Source of the DNA: the human T2T-CHM13v2.0 reference genome, Homo sapiens
Assembly: GCF_009914755.1 (NCBI RefSeq)
Contig: NC_060926.1
Strand: one strand, 5' to 3'
DNA length: 64,000 nucleotides
The notes beneath the pieces were generated by a model. That model was not told where the DNA came from. It ran no database searches and was given only the letters and a program-made list of their open reading frames with translations. A program made the position numbers and the translations under genes. This document shows positions 1 through 12,491 of this stretch, in pieces (position 1 is the first letter of the stretch; each line of letters opens with the position of its first letter).

Positions 1-219
1 GAGTGAGAAGGGAGATATCAGGCTCCTTTTCACAACCACCTCTCAGGAGAACTGGAAGAGCAAGAATTCATTACCATGAGGATGGCACCAACCCATTCAT
101 GAGGGATCTTCCCCCACAACCGAAACACCCCCCATTAGGCACTACCCCCAATACTACTGAAAGCCAAATTTTAATATGAGACTTGGTGAGGCTGAAAAAA
201 CTAGACCAAAACCATAGCA
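1..219 (-). mobile_element. MaLR LTR fragment (MST-type), truncated by window edge
   Basis: Contains ccattcatgagggatc..ccccc and ends ttaatatgagacttgg..caaaaccatagca, the reverse complement of a THE1/MST LTR start. Confidence 0.7.
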
Positions 220-374
220 ATATCTGATCCAAAGCTATATCAGGTATGCTCCTCAGAGCTATAGTTCTATAAGATGTTAGTAGCTGTTGCATGATGTCAC
301 TGGCATATGTAATTTCTTGACCATTCATACTTAAATTTTCACAATAACCTCCCAAATACTTTTCAGTAAATTAC

Positions 375-968
375 CTTTCTCCCAGGGTGCATTTGAAAAC
401 AGAGGCTGACACAAACTTTCAAGCTAGAATTTTGTTGATGAATATCATTCAAAGGAAGAAAACACGGATGGAAAGGAAGTGAGGTAGAGAAGAAGGAAAA
501 GCAAATACAAGATAGTGCATTCCCAACCTCCAAGAAAACCAAGATGTTGACTCTGTCATGCAGAATACCTCTAGAGAGGCAGTTTAAAACCACTGCTCTT
601 TGAATAGTCCTAGTTCCTATCTCTCATTAGCCAGTCCTTCCTGAACAACATTAAATCATCCACTCTTTAGAATGGTGTTGACCGTCTTCTCTTGACAGCA
701 TCTGGGAGAAGACAAAGCTGCCCCTGGCATGGTCTTCTTGACACTGAAGTTTCTGTGACTCCCAGAGTGAAGCTTTTAATAGAGATCATGGAAGCCCGCT
801 CCTCACCCAAGCATAGGCTGAGACTACTGTCTGTGTTATGAGACTGTGGCTTTGTGACTGAGAACTACTGCAAGAGCCTGCTGGCTGGCAAATTAGTCCA
901 TCAGGAGAGGCCTGGAAGGCAGGTGGTGCTGAGCTAAGTCTGTGGAAGGTATAAACCAGGTCCAACAC
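375..968 (-). mobile_element. Old ERVL-type LTR remnant (LTR33-like)
   Basis: Diverged motifs (aacagaggctgacacaa..ggaagtgaggtagagaagaaggaaaagcaaatacaag) resembling LTR33/LTR16-group LTRs; boundaries approximate. Confidence 0.35.
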
Positions 969-3900
969 ATAATATGTATATATATTTAAGAGGTATTGAG
1001 AGGAGAAAAAGGGACTTCTACTGAAGTCAAAGGGACTGAATCAATCATCCCCTAGGCCTCTTTCAACTAGTAATAGTACAATAAATTTGGTGCTTGTCCA
1101 TCTAGCAGAACTTGGCAAAGAAGTTTTCAGCAACTAAGTTTGCAACCCTTGGCTTCTCATGCACTTGAGGATATTAAAAACTATTCAGTTGAAGTGTTTT
1201 TTAAGATAGAGTTATAAATTTGTTGTGAGGGGATCATACCTTCCCCTTATCTCAAGTGTAATGATAAAGACTTAAATAAGGCCACTTGGAGAATTTTAGA
1301 GGTGTTGCTAAAGTTTGAACATTTGGCGGACACATGAACTAGTGTTTCCTCACTTGGAAAAAGCAAAAGGTTTCCTGTAACAGCAAAGTCATGATCTAGG
1401 CTGGTTTGGTAAAGGGTGCGAAATGACTAGTCCAAGGGCTGGATTTACCACTAGGTAATGGGAGAGGGAGAGAGAATGAAAGAAAGAGCTAACTCCAGAG
1501 AATCTATTTGTACCAGAAGCTGAAGGAGGAGTGGAGTCACAAATGTCCAGGCAGATCTTGTGTCACCTTTGCCTTGGAAATACAGATGAGAGACCTTCAC
1601 TTAATTCAGACTTCATCGTTATTTACTTATTTCCTCATATCTCTCTAACCTTGGTGTTGTTAGATTGGGTAGAACAAGAAGCTGGTCTAGCTGGGTCAAG
1701 GAAGAATTATAACTTTAAATTTACTCTTTTATTAAATCTGTTTGGGTACATTAATTTTAGAGTGAGGCTGTTTCAACGCTAAGGTGAGCAGGGAAGATTT
1801 GTTAGTGAAGATTGAACATCTGCGGAGCCTACCCAGATTTTATCCTGGATAGAGACAAAATGGTCTCAAGTAGTGAATTTCCAGGGGCAGTCTTAAGCAA
1901 AAAACTATAGTTATTTTATTTTGTTTTATAATTGTTCTCTATACCTTCTCATCTTCCAGTGTGCTGAAAATGTAATATTCATTTTATTTATTTCTATTTG
2001 CAGAAATGACTTAATGAACTTTCCTCTTTGTTATCCTTTAATAATAAACTATCATTCCCTAAATGGGCTACCTTTTCATGCTCTGTGCACCATTATTTTC
2101 ATTAAAGTCTCCTTTCTCCTGCAAAATATTTGTTCCTGATTACAGAATAATCTATTATTAATTGTAACAGAAGTTTAAAAAGACAAACCCTATGAAAAGT
2201 AAATTTTAAAAGGATAAAATAAAATAGTAAATAAAAAACAAAAATTGCACTACACAGACAAAATAACTATTATATTTTATCTTTCAATAGATATGCTCAT
2301 ATATAAAAAAATGAATTTTTACATACTATATTTTTAAACTAATTTTAAACATTACTTGTGGCCATTTTCCCCATCATCAATTTTAAAGCTTCTCTTGTAT
2401 TTCATTGTATGGGCATTTCAATTTATTTAATAGTTCCATATTTGGGGACATTTTAGTTGCTTTTTAAAAAAATAGCACGATGAATGTTATTGAAGAAGAT
2501 TTTTACTTTGATTTCTGCAGTAAGACTTCTAAAAACTTCATGTTTTATTATTATTATTCTTGTATTTGATGTCCATCTATTTTGTTTGTATCCATTGTTC
2601 TTGTCCTTATGGCATATTCTCTGACCACTGACAACTAGACTGCTAGTTCATTGATTTTCTCTTACTACTTCTGGATAAAGATAATTTTATCTGGTGTGGG
2701 TAAAGTCGTATTAGGCTCTGTAAATTGTTTAATTGAACACTTTGGCATCATCTTAGATTTTAATCTTTAGAAACTGCTTCTTATTCAATGATCAGCAGAA
2801 GTAGTACTCAAAGAAGAATGTGGAGCTAAAGTATTCCTGGAGGAAAATTTGATCAATCTTTTTAATCTCTGAACTTAAGCATTACAAGCCAAAGGTCTAT
2901 AGTTAATTTGGTTTTGCATCTCCTGAAGTTGCATGTTATTAGTGTTAGTGACCTCTTTTTTATTCCACTATTAATCAGAATAACAAAGACCATCTGGTAC
3001 AAGTCACATCACAGGGAAGTCCAATTACCTATGGGTTTTCCTGTGTGTAGTTCCGATTGGATTTACACCTGTTATGTCTAAATGATGTCGTCCACAGAAA
3101 TGACTTGGCTGTTACATGCCTATGGTCTTCACAGCTGGGTTCTAAGAGCCATATAGAGAAAGGGGAAGAAAGAATTGAGCCATTTGCAATTAAGTCTTTC
3201 CTGGAAATTGTAAATGCTCTCTTAAATGCTCTATCTTTTTTACCTTTGGATATGTTGATTTGAATAGAACAAAACCAAAGAAGACTATTTAGAGTTTTGT
3301 AATTATGTCAGGATATCACTCATCTATTCATTTTTCCTCCATATAGTTAATTAAAATGGTTGTAGTAAGAACAAAGGTTTATTTTCCTCATTTATACTTC
3401 AGCTTTTTAATGGAAAGAACCTAAACAAATTTAATATTCTAGCAATCTACCCAATATTAAAAATGAGAATCTCAATAATAATCTCAATTGTTTGCTTGTT
3501 CTCATATGAAACTTTTGAATATTTAGAGATGGCATTTCAAGATTTGTTTCTTACTTATTTTTCTTCTTGCCAGTGAATATTATTTTCAAAAACACCTTAT
3601 ATTATTTAGTTAATTAAGTACCTAAACTAATTTTGATAAATGTCTTCTCTTTTCTAAAATACAATCATGTAATTAATTGCACTAACTGAATCATAATCTG
3701 GGTTTGCTTCTCATTTTCACCTTTTCTTCAAGTAGCTATTTTCAAATACTTTGTGAATTATACAGTTGTTCTTCAGAGCCTGAATAGTCATATCATTCTG
3801 GATTAAAATGCTTGTCAATCATTGATCTCAATTTCACATCTAATATCTAAATTTAGTTCATACAAATCACAGTTGCAAATTATCTTCTTGATAGGGGAGA

Positions 3901-4020
3901 AATTTCATAGTCAGATACTCTACATAGATAACGGCCATGATTTAGAGACAAAATTTTGGCTTAATTTATTTATATTATTTAATCAACATTTTTCAAAAAT
4001 AGTCTTCATTGAAAGCAGGA

Positions 4021-4379
<359 letters not shown>

Positions 4380-4921
4380 CTATAAATGCATTACGATAAA
4401 ACATTATTGTTAATTTAAAGATTGCATATAAAGACATTCTTTTTACTGAAGTTTTATAGATCTACACATTTGATAATTTGTTTTTTCTTACAATATGTCA
4501 CTGGTATTATCATCTGAAGAACTCATATAATAAAAAATGATTTATCATACTTTAGATATGTCATGTTCTTCTTGATTCTTCTTTCAAGAATAAATGTAGA
4601 ATTTCTCTCTCTTCTTGAGAGAAGACAGGAAGAACTCCAATGCTGAGAAAACAATAATATTAAAGGGCAAAAAAGATTTAAAGTTATATTTTAATATAGA
4701 AAGTCATAGGCCTCTTTCCAGTTGAGGCAGAAAAAGTTGTCTTTAGTAAATATAAGATGCAAACAAATCACATGGATGGCTTTGTTGAAGCAAAATGCTA
4801 GATATCTTAAGGAGATATAATGAGCTACATTTTAATAACACAAAAGATGCAAAAATATCTTTAAACAGATTACTCTAGATTTGAACAAAAAAAGTGTTCT
4901 GTCCTTGCAATAAAGAATATA

Positions 4922-5309
4922 TTAGGTTGGCACAAAAGTAATTGCAGTTTATGCCATTAAAAGTAATGCCATTACTTTCTTTTCTTTGAGACAGAGTCTC
5001 ACTCTGTCACCCAGGCTACAGCGCAGTGGCACAATCTTGGCTCACTGCAATCTCTGCCTGCCAGGTTCAAGTGATTCTTGTGCCTCAGCCTCCTGAGTAG
5101 CTGGGATTATAGACATGCACCACGTTACCTGGCTAATTTTTTGTATTTTTAGTAGAGATGAGTTTTAACCATGTTGGCCAAGCTGGTCTGGAATTCCTGG
5201 CCTGAGGTGATTCACCCCCCTTGGCCTCCCAAAGTACTGGGATAACAGGCATGAGCCAATGCCATTACTTTTAATGGCAATACCTGCAATTACTTTTGCA
5301 CCAACCTAA
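4922..5309. mobile_element. MADE1 (Hsmar1-derived MITE) interrupted by an Alu
   Basis: TIRs ttaggttggcacaaaagtaattgc ... gcaattacttttgcaccaacctaa; TA target duplication at 4920-21 and 5310-11. Confidence 0.9.
4979..5257 (-). mobile_element. Alu (slightly 5'-truncated) inside MADE1
   Basis: Reverse-complement Alu; perfect 14-bp TSD aatgccattacttt at 4965-4978 and 5258-5271. Confidence 0.95.
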
Positions 5310-5506
5310 TATAAAGTAGCAGCATATAATGTAAAATGAGAAGAAATATGGAAAATATACATACAGCTAAAATGACTGAAACAAGTGAGTAGTGTGTTTA
5401 TTTATTAAAATACTATGTTAATAATTAAATGATGTTTAACTTTGATTTGTAGATGAAAGGAGTTGCTACTAGAGTTAAATAATTTTTATCCTAAATTTTG
5501 TATGTT

Positions 5507-5659
5507 AGCTGGGTGCTCTGGCATGCGCCTGTAATCCCAGCTACTCAAGGGGCTGAGGCAGGAGAAACCCTCAAGACCAGGAGTTCAAGACCAGCCTGGG
5601 CAACACCCTGAGACCCTGTCTCTAAAATAACCAACAAAGTAAATAAATAAATAAATAAA
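5507..5659 (+). mobile_element. Alu monomer (FLAM-like) with (TAAA)n tail
   Basis: Single Alu arm; TSD taaattttgt(a/g)tgtt at 5492-5506 and 5660-5674. Confidence 0.85.
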
Positions 5660-5774
5660 TAAATTTTGTGTGTTGCCATTGTTTGCATATTACACTGCAT
5701 TCATTGAATAGTATGTAGACTATCTCTTAAATGAGGTATACCTTTCAAACTTCAGTTCACCATTTACATTGCAA

Positions 5775-5990
5775 GGCATCAGGATGTGATGGACTGTGGT
5801 TCAGAAAACTTGAGCTTTAGTCCTAAGTTTTTTACTGATTCACTATGTAGAACAAAAACACATCAAGAATAAAAACAACAACAAAAAACCTAATAATTTA
5901 TTTACCCTAGTTTTGATGCTCCACATCTGTAAAATTGTTAGTTTAGTCTTGATAAGTCATCTCTAAGACCTTTTATATTTTTAGTAATCT
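5775..5990 (+). mobile_element. MIR remnant
   Basis: ggactgtggttcagaaaacttgagctttagtcc ... ctccacatctgtaaaat core motif. Confidence 0.5.
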
Positions 5991-6355
5991 ATTAGTTGAA
6001 AGAATGAGAAAAGTAAGCTAGTTCACAATCTATACAAGCTCTCATCTGATTAGAGGAACCCAATGCAATTGGGAAGAATTTTAGAATTCTTTCCTAAAAG
6101 AGCAGATATGGAGAATTCCAACTAAAGTGTAATTGCAGCAATTGGTTATTGCTAATTTGGTAGGTAACCAGAAAAAATTTCTACTCAATTATTTCAAATA
6201 TGGAATATTTTAATTTTATGTATTTTATATTATATTAATTTAATTTAAAATATGAAATATTTACTATGCAGAAAATCATATAAACCTGTACTTACTACCT
6301 GATAACATATTTAATAATCACAAAAATATGTCAATGATGAAATAGTAAAACTCTA

Positions 6356-6702
<347 letters not shown>

Positions 6703-8657
6703 TTATCTTTCAGATATATTCGGTGGTACTGTCAGTATTCTCTGACTCATTGACTCTGTTGGAAGAAATGCTTATCACAGCAAACCTCATTTTTCAGATA
6801 GGAAATGGAACTCGCCGCTACAAAGAGGGGAAATGTAGAAGAATATGACAGCTTCCATCCTATTCTTCTCATCTCCATATCTTTTCCTCATAAAGGCATA
6901 TCTTGTTTGAATATCGAACTTGGGTTAAGATTTGACATTTCTAATTGAACTCTTCTGGCTTTTTTCCTTAGAAAATCCCGGTTCTCAGGAGCACACATTC
7001 TCTGCTTATATAGGTGTAAAGTGACCCAAAACAAGCTCTAACCATGCAAGGAGACACAATCATTTTAGTGTTTGTTATGGGAAGAAGAGCATTAGCAAGC
7101 CCATTTGTCCTGAGAACAAAGCTTTCACCAATCACCTCTATCTGCATTTTCATCTCTGATCGTCTTATTTCAAATGGTCTTAAACTGTGTATTATTGGCT
7201 ACCTGTTTTACATTTTATTTTATAGTATCATTAAAGCTCCTGTGCTCAGTTAGCACTTACCTATAACACTGTTCACACTCCTGGATCTTAGGAAAAAAAG
7301 ACTCTGAGTGAGGAATAATTTGAGGAAATTTAATAATTTCATAACTTAATGTCAAGATTTTGAGTCAGTTTGCACTTGGTTCTTCTCTGACCTTCTCCCT
7401 ATTTGAGTAATTTGTTTTCAAAGGGAATTGATACAGAGGATGAATATTACAAAATGGTTTAACTTTATTTCATGTCATTCTTAAGAGCTAAATTATTTTT
7501 TTGAAACTTCCTTATTTTCCTACATTCCTCAGACTATTCTGGTGTCTAAATTCTTGTAAAACAAGACTTTTAAGGACAAATTTCTTTGTATTTTTGTTAC
7601 CTGTTTTTGAAAACTTATTTCAAAGCATATAAATTTTGACTTCGTAATCGACATTTAAGCCCATTGTATATATAAAGCACATGAAGTACTTACTAAACAC
7701 ACAGAACAAGAAATGGAAAGAGAATATACAAGTGAGTACAAGTAAAACAGAGATTTTAGAGAAGACCTTTTTTTGAAATTATAGATAAGAAATGCCTTTT
7801 TAAAATAGTAGAATCTTGCTATAATTGAATCTTAAATTTATTTTTCCTAAAAACTCCATGTATATTAATGCCTGTTGCAAAGCCCAATTACTTTGAAATG
7901 CATATTGCACAAACAGATCCACATATTCTCTAAAAGAGAAGAAAGTTTTATCTTTGCACATCACAAACTGAGCTCTAAGGATTAAACGTCTATTTTATTC
8001 TTCCAGAGAAAGAAGCCCAGACTAACCCCTTACGAAAAATGCATGTAAACTAAAGGGAGGTCAATCCAGCCTTCCCAGACAAGCAGAATTGTGAATAGCA
8101 ATGAACAGATTCCTCTTTTTCCTGTGTACTCTGCGAAAGTGTTTGAGTAAAGAATAATTGCGTTTATTTCTCCTCCTCCTCTTTTTTCCTTCTTCTTCTT
8201 CTTCCTTTTGTGGTAATTATTGCCAGATACAATTAACCATAATTTGACATTATGCTTCATGGATATTACTGCATTAAGTATATTCTGATCAATTAAGCCA
8301 TGTGAGTCACAAATTAAAGAACACATCATCACATTAATTTATCTGGTAGTAAATTCTGGAGCTGCCAAATCTGCATAGAGTTCAAGGGAAGACTATGAAG
8401 ACTTGAAGATTGGCTGTTGAAAAAGATCATATGTAAACAATAGGCACAAACAGTTCACCTCGATCTGTAGGATAAAGAGTAGAAACTTTCATCCATTTCA
8501 ATGTATACTGTCTACGCTCTATAATAACCTGTTGTTTCCTCAAAACCTTCCTTAAGATTCATTATAATCTGATGCCACCTGGATAAAAACCTTGGTATGG
8601 TATGCGAGGTACTGAACAAAAAGAGATGGGACTTGGAAGATACCATCAATTGATGTA

Positions 8658-8982
8658 TTTGTTTGTTTGTTTTTGACTTTTGTTTTGTTTTGTTTTTCTT
8701 TGTGAGGGAGTCTCGCTCAGTCACCCAGGCTGGAGTGCAGTGGCGAGATCTCAGCTCTCTGCAACCTCCGCCTCCCGGGTTCCAGCAATTCTCCTCTCCA
8801 GCCTCTCGGGTAGCTGGTATTACAGGCGCCCGCCATCACACCCAGCTAATTTTTGTATTTTTAGTAGAGACAGGGTTTCACCATGTTGGCCAGGTTGGTC
8901 TCAAATTTCTGACCTAAGTTGATCTGTCCGCTTCGGCCTCCCAAAGTGCTGGGATTACAGGTGTGAGCCAGCGTACCTGGCC
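8658..8982 (-). mobile_element. AluS, full length, (GTTT)n-decayed tail
   Basis: Reverse-complement dimeric Alu ending cctggcc. Confidence 0.95.
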
Positions 8983-10160
8983 CATGGATTGACTTTTGGT
9001 CCTGTCTGACATACAGTAGTTTATAAATGTAAATTATTTTAAAGCAATTTAATCCTAAATCATTTTCAGAAAATTACACTCTTGGATTAAAAATGAAACA
9101 AAAGAAATTTAAAAAACAATTGCTAGTATCATGAAGATATCTCAAATGAAATCATGTATCAATAGTATTTTAAGGTCAAGAATGTTAGATGACCAAATCT
9201 GAAGATCTGATAATGACATAGAAAAGGGGAAAAGAAAAATTATAAATGCATTGGTTGTTATTTAGCCACACACATTTGATTTGCCTATTCTTTTTTTATT
9301 GAAAACTGATTTTTTAAATTTAGTATAAATTTATATTTAGAATGAATAAATTTAGTATAAATAAAATGAATTATATAGCAATCATTAAGTGGACATTGGT
9401 ATTCTCTCTATTACCAATTTCTATCTGTGATCATTGTCAAGCCACTTACTTTTCTTATATGAAAGATTCTCTGTAATTTTAATAAAAATTTTAGTATCAT
9501 TTCTATAGCAGTGGTATGAACATTCATTAAGATGTATATAAAGTCAGTGATTATGACTAGAAACTATTTTAGAGAAATAATTTTTATAAATAAATATGTT
9601 ACATAAAGACAACCTTCCAAATTTGCAATTTATAAAAATTCAGATTTTCTATGATGAACTGCGTTTATCATCTATATTAATGTGAAGCTGAGAAGCAGTT
9701 ATTGCAAATAATCCAGAATACCCAGAACATCTTTCCTTGATTGTGAAAAAGACTATAATTGAATTGCTCTTCAAATATAATTGTGATACAAGGCATTTTC
9801 TATATGCATAAGATTGACTAATAGTCCAATCACTTATACTTAGCCATATGGTTATGAGTAGCTTGCAGCTGACTATGGATTTTACATTACAATTAGGAAG
9901 GACATACTTTTAAAACCTTCAAGAGGAAATTTTAATCATGATGCATTACGTTTTAAATTGTGATATATCCAAATCCATATTTAAGAAAACATTAAGCTTT
10001 CATCATGTTTCTAAATTCATATTTTAAAAAAATATAGTTTTTATCACATAAATACTACATGCAGTACCCTTCAACCTGTCTAATCACTAGAAGGATAAGA
10101 TAGTACTAAAAAAGGGATGACAGGGGCGAAATTTGAAAAAACAAAGTGCATTTTAACGTG

Positions 10161-12491
10161 TGATATGGTTTGGCTGTGTCCCCACCCAAATCTCACCTTG
10201 AATTGTACTCCCATAATTCCCATGTGTTGTAGGAGGGACGCAGTGAGACATAATGAAATCATGGGGTGGGGCGGTTTTGCCCATACTGTTCTCATGGTAG
10301 TGAATAAGTCTCACTAGATCTGATAGTTTTATCAGGGTTTTTTCTGCTTTTGTGTCTTCCTCATTCTCTGTTTGCCTGCTGCCATTCATGTAAGATGGAA
10401 CTTGCTCCTCCTTGCCTTCTGCCATGATTGTGAGGCTTCCCCAGCCATATGGAATTGTAAGTCTAATTAAATCTCTTTCTTTTGCAAATTGCCCAGTCTC
10501 AGGTATGTCTTTAACAGCAGCGTGAAAACCGACTAATGCAGTAAATTGGTACCAGTCGAGTGGGTCGTTGCTGAAAAGATACCCAAAAATGTGGAAGAGA
10601 CTTTGGAGCTGTGTAACAGGCAGAGATTGGAACAGTTTGGAGGGCTCAGAAGAAGACAGGAAAATGTGGGAAAGTTTGGAACTTCCTAGAGACTTGTTGA
10701 ATGGCTTTGCCCAAAATGTTGATAATGACACAGACAATAAGGTCCAGGCTGAGATGGTCTCAGATGGAGATGAGGAATTTGTTGGGGACTGGAGCAAAGG
10801 TAACCCTTGTTATGTTTTAGCAAAGAGACTGGCGGCATTTTGCCCCTGCCCAAGAGATTTGTGGAAATTTGAACTTGAGAGATGATTTAGGGTATCTGCT
10901 GGAAGAAATTTCTAAGCAGCAAAGCATTCAAGAGGTGACTTGGGTGCTGTTAAAGGCATTCAGTTTTATAAGGGAAACAGAGCACAGAAGTTAGGAAAAT
11001 TTGTAGCCTGACAATGTGATAGAAAAGAAAATCACATTTTCAGAGGAGAAATTCAGGCCATCTGCAGAAAGTTGCATAAGTAATGAGGAGCTGAAGACTA
11101 ATCCCCAAGATAATGGGGAAAATGTCTCCATGACATATCAGAGGTCTTCATAACAGCTCCTCCCATCACAGGCCTGAGGCCTAGGAGCAAAAGATGGTTT
11201 CATGGTCCAGGCCCAGGGTCCCATGCTGTATGCATCCTAGGGACGTGGTGCCCTGCATCCCAGCCACTCCAGCCATGGCTGAAAGGGGCCAATGTAGAGC
11301 TTGGGCCATGGCCTCAGAGGGTACAAGTCACAAGCCTTGGCAACTTCCACGTGGTGTTGAGCCTGTGAGTGCACAGAAGTCAAGAATTGAGGTTTGGAAA
11401 CCTCCACCTAGATTTCAGAAGATGTATGGAAATTTCTGGATGTCCAGGCGGAAGTTTGCTGCAGGGGCAAGGCTTTCATGGAGAACCTCTGCTGGGGAAG
11501 TGCAGAAGGAAAATGTGGGGTCAAAGCCCCCACACAGTCCCTACTGGGGCACTGCCTAGTGGAGCTGTGAGAAGAGGGCCACCGTCTGTCCTTCTGTCCC
11601 CAGAATGGTAGATCCACTGACACCTTACACCATGCTCCTGGAAAAGCCACAGACACTCAACACCAGCCCATGAAAACAGCCAGGAAGGAGGCTGTACCCT
11701 GCACAGCCAAAGGTGCAAAGCTGCCCAAGACCATGGGAACGTACCTCCTGCATCAGCATGACCTGGATGTTAGACATCGAGTCAAACGAGATCATTTTGG
11801 AGATTTAAGATTTGACTGCCCCACTGGATTTTGGACTTGCATTGGGCCTGTAGCTCATTTGTTTTAGTCAATTTCTCCCATTTCCAATGCCTGTATTTAC
11901 CCAATCCCTGTACCCCCACTGTATCTAGGAAGTAACTTACCTGCTTTTGATTTTACAGGCTCATAGGTGGAAGGGACTTGCCTTGTCTCGGATCATACTT
12001 CAGACTGTGGACTTTTGTGTTAATGCTGAAATGAGTCAAGACTTTGGGGGACTGTTGAAAAGGCATGCTTGGCTTTGAAATGTGAAGATATGAGATTTGG
12101 GAGGGGCCAGGGGTGGAATGATGTGGTTTGGCTGTGTCCCCACCCAAATTTCATCTTGAATTATACTCCCATAACTCCCACATGTTGTGTGTGGGACTTG
12201 GTGAGAGACAATTGAATCATGGAGGCAGTTTCCCCCATACTGTTCTCATGGTAGTGAATATTCTCACTAGATCTGATGGTTTTATCAGGGGCTTCTGCTT
12301 TTGCATCTTCCTCATTCTCTCTTTTCCTGCTGCCACCCATGTAAAATGGGACTTGCTCCTCCTTGACTTCCACCATGATTATGAGACTCCCCCAGCTGCA
12401 TGGAACTGTAAGTCCAATTAAATTTCTTTCTTTTGTAAATTTCCCAGTCATGGGTATGTCTTTATCAGCAGTGGGTAAACAGACTAATACA
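10161..12491 (+). mobile_element. Full-length THE1 MaLR retrotransposon (THE1A-type LTR-int-LTR)
   Basis: 5' LTR 10161-10540, internal 10541-12118, 3' LTR 12119-12491; TG..CA termini; perfect 5-bp TSD ACGTG (10156-60, 12492-96); THE1A-like gcttttgcatcttcctcattctc segment. Confidence 0.95.

Noticed and set aside
10153-10885. 214-aa and 105-aa ORFs
   Set aside because: Lie within the THE1 LTR/internal sequence; antisense or decayed MaLR ORF fragments.
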